28,130 bases of DNA from the IMG/VR virus record IMGVR_UViG_3300010354_000472, positions 1 through 28,130 of that record; one strand, 5' to 3'. The notes under the pieces are model-generated. The model was not told where the DNA came from. It saw nothing but the letters and a program-made list of their open reading frames with translations, and ran no database searches. Source of the DNA: a virus. Lineage: Duplodnaviria; Caudoviricetes. A program made the translations under genes and the position numbers. Positions 1-7,500 of this stretch are shown in pieces. Position 1 is the first letter of the stretch, and each line of letters begins with the position of its first letter.

Positions 1-33
1 CATATATAATGTTTGATATGAACATGAAAATAT

Positions 34-183
34 ATGGAACTTAAACTGGACCATTACGAAAAAGATCTATTAATTGATTGCATTCAACATCGTCTAGATA
101 CGGATAAAGTTTTAGTCATTAATGATTCTCTTAAGAATGAAATTGAAGATTTATTGATTAAAGTTGAAGAAGAGTGCGTCTGA
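34..183 (+). CDS. Small hypothetical protein, 49 aa (MELKLDHYEKDLLIDCIQHRLDTDKVLVINDSLKNEIEDLLIKVEEECV)
   Basis: Translated by hand: ATG 34-36 to TGA 181-183. Amphipathic helical pattern, same strand as all neighbours. Not in the supplied ORF track. Confidence 0.65.
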   Translation: MELKLDHYEKDLLIDCIQHRLDTDKVLVINDSLKNEIEDLLIKVEEECV

Positions 184-190
184 ATTTTCT

Positions 191-198
191 TCTAAATA
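191..198 (+). promoter_or_regulatory. Putative T4-type late promoter (TCTAAATA)
   Basis: Intergenic; one mismatch to T4 gp55 consensus TATAAATA; identical octamer also at 1234-1241. Confidence 0.5.
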
Positions 199-210
199 AC
201 ACAGAAACCA

Positions 211-239
211 TTGCATGATTTGATTTGTAATGGTAGAAT
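211..239 (+). promoter_or_regulatory. Putative host-sigma70-type (early) promoter with extended -10
   Basis: TTGCAT (211-216), 17-bp spacer, TAGAAT (234-239), with TG at 231-232 (TGn extended -10); ends 23 bp upstream of ATG 263. Confidence 0.6.
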
Positions 240-262
240 GATAACGTTGCAATTCTAATTTT

Positions 263-1015
263 ATGTCTAAAGGATTTACAATTAAAGCTACAGCACCAAC
301 ACCAAAAAAGAATGAGGATGAATTTGATATTGAAGCCGCGAAAGCGATGATTCGCGGTAAATCAATTATCTTCTGTCTTCCTGGTCGTGGATGTTCTTAT
401 ATCTTTTTGAAGAATTTTGTTCAACTGTGTTTTGATTTAGTTCAGAATGGTGCATCCATTCAAATTTCACAGGACTATTCTTCCATGGTTAACTTTGCAC
501 GTTGCAAAGTTCTTGGAGCAAACGTTCTGCGTGGACCAAAACAGATTCCTTGGGATGGTAAACTGAAGTACGATTACCAACTTTGGATTGACAACGATAT
601 TGTTTTCGATACTGAGAAGTTTTATCGTCTCGTTGCAATGGATAGAGATATTGCAGCTGGTTGGTACATGACTGAGGATGGTCAAACAACTTCTGTTGCT
701 CATTGGCTTGAAGAAGATGACTTTAAGAACAATGGTGGTGTGATGAATCATGAGACCGGTGAGACCATGAGTAAGCGCCGGAAACCCTTCACGGTGGACT
801 ATACTGGGTTCGGGTGGGTTCTTATCAAACATGGTGTCTTCGAGTCTCTAGAGTACCCCTGGTTCGCGCCTAAGATGCAAGTATTTGACTCTGGCGAAGT
901 TCAGGATATGTGTGGTGAAGACGTTTCGTTCTGTCTTGATGCAATTAAAGCGGGCTTTGAGATCTGGTGTGATCCGAAGATCCGTGTGGGTCACGAAAAG
1001 ACTCGTATTATTTGA
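263..1015 (+). CDS. GT-A fold glycosyltransferase-like protein (conserved cyanomyophage type), 250 aa
   Basis: N-terminal beta-strand IIFCLPG, 'NFARCK' helix, DxD motif (LWIDNDIVF), 'TGFGWVLIK', catalytic-type 'GEDVSFC' and C-terminal 'VGHEK', all typical of GT2-like enzymes. Confidence 0.75.
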   Translation: MSKGFTIKATAPTPKKNEDEFDIEAAKAMIRGKSIIFCLPGRGCSYIFLKNFVQLCFDLVQNGASIQISQDYSSMVNFARCKVLGANVLRGPKQIPWDGKLKYDYQLWIDNDIVFDTEKFYRLVAMDRDIAAGWYMTEDGQTTSVAHWLEEDDFKNNGGVMNHETGETMSKRRKPFTVDYTGFGWVLIKHGVFESLEYPWFAPKMQVFDSGEVQDMCGEDVSFCLDAIKAGFEIWCDPKIRVGHEKTRII

Positions 1016-1021
1016 TTTCTG

Positions 1022-1048
1022 GCGCGTTCGAAGTCAATTTCAGCGCGC
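1022..1048 (+). other. GC-rich intergenic stem-loop (not a canonical terminator)
   Basis: GCGCGTT-C-GAAG/TCAA/TTTC-AGCGCGC: 11 bp including two G-U pairs and one bulge; no U-tract on either strand. Confidence 0.55.
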
Positions 1049-1076
1049 AAACTAAACCAATTGTGAGGTATTAAAA

Positions 1077-1229
1077 ATGGCAGTAAAAGCAAAAGGTGGA
1101 TTGAATAAGAATACTGGTTATCTCCCTGGAAAGCCCAAACTCACTCGACAGGGAATGGGAAATGGAACTAAGTATGCGGCAACTAGTCGTAATAAGGCCA
1201 GGAAGCCATATCGCGGACAAGGTAAATAA
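1077..1229 (+). CDS. Small, very basic protein, 50 aa, C-terminal YRGQGK motif
   Basis: MAVKAKGGLNKNTGYLPGKPKLTRQGMGNGTKYAATSRNKARKPYRGQGK; SD-like GAGGT at 1065-1069; no Asp/Glu residues. The K-x-YRGQG-[KR] ending is one I recall from small T4-like phage proteins. Not in the ORF track. Confidence 0.85.
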   Translation: MAVKAKGGLNKNTGYLPGKPKLTRQGMGNGTKYAATSRNKARKPYRGQGK

Positions 1230-1233
1230 ACAG

Positions 1234-1241
1234 TCTAAATA
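1234..1241 (+). promoter_or_regulatory. Putative late promoter (TCTAAATA)
   Basis: Intergenic, 25 bp upstream of ATG 1267; matches the T4-like late motif. Confidence 0.6.
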
Positions 1242-1266
1242 ATTTCAGCAGTAGTTTTTTAAAGAA

Positions 1267-1422
1267 ATGTCTGAAACAACACCAAAAGTAGGTCCATCAG
1301 AGGCAGATGCACCTGTAACACCACCAGAAACTGCAAATGTTTTTGGTTATGATGTAGCTGCAAATGCAGGGACAGTTGCACCCTCTAAACCAAATCCTGC
1401 TTCACCACTCGCTGCAGGATGA
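1267..1422 (+). CDS. Small Pro/Ala-rich hypothetical protein, 51 aa
   Basis: MSETTPKVGPSEADAPVTPPETANVFGYDVAANAGTVAPSKPNPASPLAAG; follows a late promoter, and its TGA (1420-1422) lies 1 nt before the next ATG (1424). Not in the ORF track. Confidence 0.75.
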   Translation: MSETTPKVGPSEADAPVTPPETANVFGYDVAANAGTVAPSKPNPASPLAAG

Positions 1423-1423
1423 T

Positions 1424-1891
1424 ATGTCGGAAAAAGAAGCATATATTCGTAAATGGATTGGAGAAGTTTCCAAGAATCGACCTGAATTAGGTGGATTTGC
1501 TGTTTGCCCATATGCTCAAAACTCAAAAACTTTAATTGTAGAGACTACTATTGATGACATTGTGCCTGAACCAGGTCATGATGTCATCATTTTTATTATT
1601 GAAGACTTTTGGAGACCAGATCAAGTCCAAACATGGGTCTCACATTACAATGAAAAGTTCCAATATTACAAATTTTTCGAAGATTTGTCCTCCAGAGATA
1701 CTTTCATAAGTGGAGTAAAGACAAATAATGAGAAATATAATTTAATTTTGTGTCAATCTAAGAAAAAATTGAGCGCAATTCGTAAAAAATTGATGGAAAC
1801 AGAATATTACACCTATTGGACCGAAGAATATCTCAAAGAAATACTTGGAGATGACTTCAAATATGCAGAAAAAACTACAGAAGACGAGTAA
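1424..1891 (+). CDS. Hypothetical protein, 155 aa, DUF1415-like N-terminus
   Basis: Start moved from 1364 to ATG 1424 (MSEKEAYIRKW) because 1364-1422 is occupied by the upstream ORF. 'WI...ELGGFAVCPYA' resembles the W...LxLCPFA motif of DUF1415; ends with a YYxxW motif. Confidence 0.7.
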   Translation: MSEKEAYIRKWIGEVSKNRPELGGFAVCPYAQNSKTLIVETTIDDIVPEPGHDVIIFIIEDFWRPDQVQTWVSHYNEKFQYYKFFEDLSSRDTFISGVKTNNEKYNLILCQSKKKLSAIRKKLMETEYYTYWTEEYLKEILGDDFKYAEKTTEDE

Positions 1892-1902
1892 AAGTAAAAA
1901 TT

Positions 1903-1970
1903 TTTGACATTTCGGGATAGCAACCCCGTAAAAAGTTCTGATTTTTCAAATCAGGAGCTAAAATGTCAAA
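1903..1970 (+). ncRNA. Candidate cis-regulatory RNA (three-way junction) covering the RBS and start codon of the 1963 ORF
   Basis: P1: TTTGACATTT (1903-1912) is the exact reverse complement of AAATGTCAAA (1961-1970, contains the ATG). P2: CGGG...CCCG (1913-1928). A-rich linker 1929-1933. P3: TTCTGATTT-TTC-AAATCAGGA (1936-1956, extendable to 1934-1959) contains SD AGGAG. Confidence 0.6.
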
Positions 1971-2202
1971 CTTATCCGTAGATAGAGACTCAAATTACAT
2001 GCATAAAATGTGGGGAACCACAAAATTGGTTACAGATTATGGTGTAAATCCTCAAAAAAGAGTGATTCAAGAAGTCATGCATGATTCAGCACCTCACCAT
2101 GATTTAAAAAAACAAACAGACCTTCATGAAAAAATTCGTAATGATGAAGATTACGATGATTGGGAATATGGTACTGAACCAACTTACGGTAAAAAGTGGT
2201 AA
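1963..2202 (+). CDS. Conserved-type cyanophage hypothetical protein, 79 aa, acidic C-terminus
   Basis: Strong SD AGGAG at 1953-1957; motifs VDRD..YM..MWGT..L.TDY and IRNDEDYDDWEYGTEP; directly upstream of gp25. Confidence 0.8.
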   Translation: MSNLSVDRDSNYMHKMWGTTKLVTDYGVNPQKRVIQEVMHDSAPHHDLKKQTDLHEKIRNDEDYDDWEYGTEPTYGKKW

Positions 2203-2219
2203 AAAGGTCGTATACATAT

Positions 2220-2227
2220 AATAAATA
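2220..2227 (+). promoter_or_regulatory. Late promoter (AATAAATA) for the gp25-gp6-gp7 unit
   Basis: ATAAATA at 2221-2227, intergenic, 15 bp before the gp25 ATG. Confidence 0.75.
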
Positions 2228-2242
2228 CCCTTAGTTTGAGTA

Positions 2243-2641
2243 ATGATTAGGCTTTCTCGCAAATTTAAAGATATAAGTCTTTCTTTTGTAAGGAATCCTG
2301 TGACTAATGATATTCTTTCAATTAATGATGATGATGCGGTTAAAAAATCTGTTATCAATTTAGTTAGAACTAAAATAGGTGAGAGATTTTTTAACCCACT
2401 TTTGGGATCTAAAGTTGAAAATTCTATGTTTGAGTTGCAAACTCCAGAGATGGCATATTCTATGGAGTTAAGTATAACAACTTTGTTGAAAAACTTTGAA
2501 CCTAGGATTTCCTTATCCTCTGTTTTGGTTACATATCCTGATGATTCTAATGAAGTTAATGTAAGAATAGCTTACACTATTATTGGAATTCCTTCTCCAA
2601 CTCAAACTGTAGACTTCATACTACAACCAACTAGAGTCTAA
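2243..2641 (+). CDS. gp25: Baseplate wedge subunit gp25 (GPW/gp25 family)
   Basis: FKDISLSF..NPVTND, AVKKSVINLVRT..GERFFNP.LGS and FEPRI motifs; immediately upstream of gp6. Confidence 0.93.
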   Translation: MIRLSRKFKDISLSFVRNPVTNDILSINDDDAVKKSVINLVRTKIGERFFNPLLGSKVENSMFELQTPEMAYSMELSITTLLKNFEPRISLSSVLVTYPDDSNEVNVRIAYTIIGIPSPTQTVDFILQPTRV

Positions 2642-4515
2642 TGTCATTCAATCAATTTACAAATTTAGATTTCGGTGATCTTAGGACTCAGATCAAAGAC
2701 TATTTGCGCGTAAACAGTCAATTTACTGATTTTGATTTTGAAGGTTCTAATTTTTCGGTTTTAATTGATCTATTAGCGTATAATAGTTACATAACTGCCT
2801 ATAATTCAAATATGGCAGTTAATGAGATGTTTCTGGATAGTGCTACTCTCAGAGAAAACGTAGTTTCACTATCGAGAAACATTGGTTATCTGCCAAGATC
2901 GAAAAGATCTTCTAGGGCCTTAATAAATTTTAGCGTTGATATGAGTCAAACAAACGCTAAAAGTGTTAAGTTACTTGCTGGACAAGTAGCCCTTGGTGCA
3001 GTAACTAATGGAAATTATATTTTTTCAATACCTGAAGATATTATTACTCCTGTCGATACAGATGGAATTGCTTTATTTGATAATTTGCAAATTTACGAAG
3101 GCATATATCTAACTAGTACATTTATAGTAGATGAATCTCAACCAAATCAAAGATTTATTCTCCCAAATATTGGAGTAGATACAACTACAATTAGAGTTAA
3201 AGTTACTAATCAAGTAACTGAAATATATAATCAATACGACACGTTATTAAATATCGGAAAAGATTCTAGAATTTTTCTAATTCAGGAAGTAGCGGATTCA
3301 AAATATGAAATTAGATTTGGAGATGATATTATAGGTAAAAAACCATCCAATGGTAGCAGAATAGAAATTAGTTATATTATTACAAATGGATCTTTAGGTA
3401 ATGGAGCTACAAACTTTACCTTCTCGGGTAGATTAAAAGACAATAATTTACTTGACATAACTACAGGAATTTCATTAGTTCTAACTCAATTAAAATCAGA
3501 GAACGGTGATGACATAGAACCAGTAGATTCTATTAAGTATTTTGCTCCAAAAGTTTATGCATCTCAATATAGAGCAGTAACTGCAAATGATTATAAATCT
3601 CTCATTCCATACATCTATCCTAATGTAGAGTCTGTAAATTCTTATGGTGGAGATGAATTGGATCCACCAGAATATGGGAAAGTTTTTATATCTATTAAAC
3701 CAAGAAATGGAACATTTTTATCACAGATTACCAAACAAAATATCTTAAATACAATCAAGAAGTATTCAATTGCTGGTATTAAACCAGAAATAGTTGACCT
3801 ATCTTATTTGTATGTGGAATTGGATACTTCGGTATATTATAATGTCAATCGATTGAGTAATCCAGAAATAGTTAAAACAAAGGTAGTTGATACTTTAACT
3901 GCATACTCTAACTCTAAGGATGTTAATAGTTTTGGTGGTAGATTTAAGTATAGTAAAGTTATTGGTCTTATAGATGATTGTGATAAATCTATTACATCTA
4001 ACATAACAAAAGTTAAGATGAGGAGAGATTTAAATCCAGAATTAAATACTTTTGCAACTTATGAACTTTGTTTTGGAAATCAAATACATATTAAAACTGG
4101 AGGATATTCGGTAAAATCCACCGGCTTTTTTATTAACGGTGTATCTGATGTGATTTACATGGCAGACACTACATCAACTACGGACAAAAATACTGGAATT
4201 ATATTCTTCTTTAAATTGGAAAATAATCTTCCAGTCATTATAAAAAATAATGCAGGTACAATAAATTATAAGAGAGGTGAAATTCTTTTGGATGTTGTTA
4301 ACATAACATCATCAGTATTGGCAAATGGATTTATAGAAGTTCAGGCTATCCCAGAATCAAATGATATCATAGGACTTCAGGATTTATATTTACAATTAGA
4401 TGTTCAAAAATCTATGGTAAATATTATAGAAGATGTTGTAAGTTCTGGTGAGAATTCTTCTGCAACTCAATATGTTGTTACATCAAGTTATTTAAACGGA
4501 AAGTATACGAGATAA
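2641..4515 (+). CDS. gp6: Baseplate wedge subunit gp6
   Basis: LDF..., FTDFDFEGSNFSVLIDLLAYN, NEMFLDSATLRENVVS..RNIGY.PRS, FGD.I.GK and QYRAVTANDY motifs of T4 gp6; TAATG overlap with gp25. Confidence 0.95.
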   Translation: MSFNQFTNLDFGDLRTQIKDYLRVNSQFTDFDFEGSNFSVLIDLLAYNSYITAYNSNMAVNEMFLDSATLRENVVSLSRNIGYLPRSKRSSRALINFSVDMSQTNAKSVKLLAGQVALGAVTNGNYIFSIPEDIITPVDTDGIALFDNLQIYEGIYLTSTFIVDESQPNQRFILPNIGVDTTTIRVKVTNQVTEIYNQYDTLLNIGKDSRIFLIQEVADSKYEIRFGDDIIGKKPSNGSRIEISYIITNGSLGNGATNFTFSGRLKDNNLLDITTGISLVLTQLKSENGDDIEPVDSIKYFAPKVYASQYRAVTANDYKSLIPYIYPNVESVNSYGGDELDPPEYGKVFISIKPRNGTFLSQITKQNILNTIKKYSIAGIKPEIVDLSYLYVELDTSVYYNVNRLSNPEIVKTKVVDTLTAYSNSKDVNSFGGRFKYSKVIGLIDDCDKSITSNITKVKMRRDLNPELNTFATYELCFGNQIHIKTGGYSVKSTGFFINGVSDVIYMADTTSTTDKNTGIIFFFKLENNLPVIIKNNAGTINYKRGEILLDVVNITSSVLANGFIEVQAIPESNDIIGLQDLYLQLDVQKSMVNIIEDVVSSGENSSATQYVVTSSYLNGKYTR

Positions 4516-4516
4516 A

Positions 4517-7500
4517 ATGTCAGAAATCAAAAGAGTAAAAATCAGCTCGATCATTGGTACACAAATTCCAGAATTCTTGTCTATAGAATCTCCTCTTTTT
4601 TCGGATTTTCTTAAGCAATATTACCATTCGTTAGAGTATCAATCAGGACCGATTGATATTATTTCGAACATTGCAAAGTATAAAAATTCTAAAACATTTA
4701 ACAATGTAGAGTTAACTGAAGAAACTGCTTTAACTTCTGATGTTTTATCTTTTGATGATGTCATAAATGTTGAGTCTACTAAAGGTTGGCCAGACTCATA
4801 TGGACTGTTAAAAATTAATGATGAAATCATTACTTATTTGTCTAAAACTGAAACTTCTTTCCAAGGTTGTATTCGAGGATTCAGTGGAATTGAAAACCTT
4901 GAATCCTTAGATAATCCAGAATTTTTAGTTTTTACCACAACCCAAGCCTCAGAACATTCTGATAACAGCGTAGTTCAGAATTTAAGTAATTTATTCTTAA
5001 TTAAATTCTTTGAAAATTTCAAATATGAGTTTTTGCCTGGATTTGAGTCCAGGGATTTCTATAAAGATATTTCTATTGAAAATGTAGTTTATAAGATTAA
5101 AGACTTATATAAGTCCAAGGGAACAGACTTATCATACAAGTTGTTATTTAAAATTTTGTATGGTACAGAGATTGAAATTATAAAACCACAGGATTACACT
5201 ATTTCGCCATCATCAAATTCATATTTTATTACAAAAAATATACTAGTAGAAAAAATTTCTGGTGGAAATCCAGTAGATATTAAAGGTAATTTTTTATTCC
5301 AAAATATAACTGGAATTGGTACAGTAAGTGCCTCGATCTTTAATGTTGAATATAGACCTGTAGCCGATAAAGAATTTTATGAGATTTCTCTTGACAGCAC
5401 ATCATTCAGTGGTAATTTTCAAGTTTCCGGTAAAACTAGAATACTCGAAGATATTCAGGTAAATAGTAATACTATTTTAGTTGATTCAACTGTAGGATTT
5501 GCTAACTCAGGAACTATTTTAGTAAAACCAAAAAATTCAGATTTTATTACTATTAGATATACCGGTAAAAATATTAATCAATTTACCGGAGTTACCAATG
5601 TAACTAAATTTTTAGATTCTGGACTTGATTTGATTGAAGAAAAATTTGCATTTAGTTATGTTGGAGTCGGAAATACTTCTAAGGTAAATTTTAGAGTTAT
5701 TAATGTAATTGATAATATTGATTTTTCAAAAACTTCAAATTTAAGAGTAGGTGATACTATTTCACTATCTGGATTTGGTAAAGATTTATATGATAGTTAT
5801 GAATTCAATAGTTGGATTTATAATATTCCAACAAATCATAGTATAAGAAGTATATCACAAATTGACGCTACAAAATTTAGAATTAATTTATTTGATAAAA
5901 TTTATTTTTATCAAAATGAAATTATTTTACTGATAGATGGTTTAGGAAATAAAACAGAAGCTGAAATTATATCCGTTGAATATTCAACTTCGGATTCAAT
6001 TAAAAAATATAGCAACAGAATTTTGGTTCAAGTCTTAAATTCTGCATCTTTTAATATTTTAAATTCAAAAATTGTAAGAAAGAAAATATACAAAACAAAT
6101 CATTATAGTAATTATTTCCCAAACTTGGAAAATATTCCCGCAGGAATTCAAAACACATATATTGATTCAGATGAAAAGTATTTCTATGTTACTTCGTCTG
6201 GTTTACCAAATTATACCATTTTTTCCACAGACAATAAAAATACAGTATCTACAGTAGGAACTTCCGTAACTGACACATTTAATGTTTCTAATCATAACTT
6301 GTTTAGTGGTGAATTAGTGTATTATCTACCAGAAACATCTTCTGGAATATTGACCGGATTATATTATGTTACAAAAATTGATGATAATAAATTAAAATTA
6401 TCATATAGTAAGTCAGACATCTTTTCAAAAAAATACATTGAAACCACTTCTTCAGTTGATGGCGATTCTTTATATAAATTTGGATATCAAAATAAAACTT
6501 TAAAACATCAAAAACTTCTAAAGAAATTCTACTTTGATAATAGTAAACCAAGAGAGTCTTTTGATGATTTAAATGAAAGAACAACTTTTAATAGAGAAGT
6601 TGGACTATTGATAAACGGGGTTGAATTATTATCACCTAATTTATTTGATGAAAACATTTATTATGGAAATGTGACATCAATTAATGTTACTAATTTCGGA
6701 AAAGATTATGATGTAATCGATGTTCCACCTTTAGAAATTAAAGATGAAACTGGCACAGGACTCAAAGCCCATTTAAATATTTCTGGTTCAGTTAGAGAAG
6801 TTAAAATATTAAATGCTGGATATGGATATCAAGAAAAACCAAAAATTACAATAACCGGCGGAAATGGTACGGGTTGTATATTGGACTCTAATTTTGTTAA
6901 AACTAGAGTTTCTGCAGGATTTAAAGCAGATTTAAATGTAAGTACAGTAGATAATACCATACAGTTTTTGAATACCATTCCTTTTGAAGATGGAGAAGAA
7001 ATTGTTTATGATTCTAACAAAAATAGTAATATACCTGGAATCGTAAATAACTCAACCTATTATGTTGGCATTCTTACAGATAATAAGATTAAGCTTTTTA
7101 ATACTAAGACAAATGCTCTTCAAAAAGTAAATGAAATCGATATTGTTGGCGTTTCATCTGGATTTCATTTTATAACAACATTAAAGAATAAAAATACTTT
7201 TACTAAAATTTATGTTAAGGAATCTGGTCAAGGATATTCCAATAGAAAAGTAAGAGTTCCATCTGTACTTTCTGGAGATAATAGAAGTGCCGGAATTAAT
7301 ACTTTTGATTCATATATTTTTGCAAAAAGTCATGGATTTAAAGATTTTGACCTTGTAAAATATTCTCATCAAGGTTCCCCCATAAGTGGATTATCTACTT
7401 CAATAAACTATTATGTTAAGGTTATTGATGTAAACAAATTTAGACTTTATGAAGCTGGAATTGGTACAACCTTAGATGATCAAAATTATATAAAAAATAA

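Noticed and set aside
1022-1060. Rho-independent terminator call for the GC hairpin
   Set aside because: No U-tract follows on either strand.
1364-1423. N-terminal 20 aa of the track ORF 1364..1891
   Set aside because: Overlaps the better-supported 1267-1422 ORF; ATG 1424 fits translational coupling.
1904-1909. Perfect TTGACA as a sigma70 -35 box
   Set aside because: No acceptable -10 at 16-18 bp; the hexamer is explained as the P1 strand complementary to the ATGTCAA start region.
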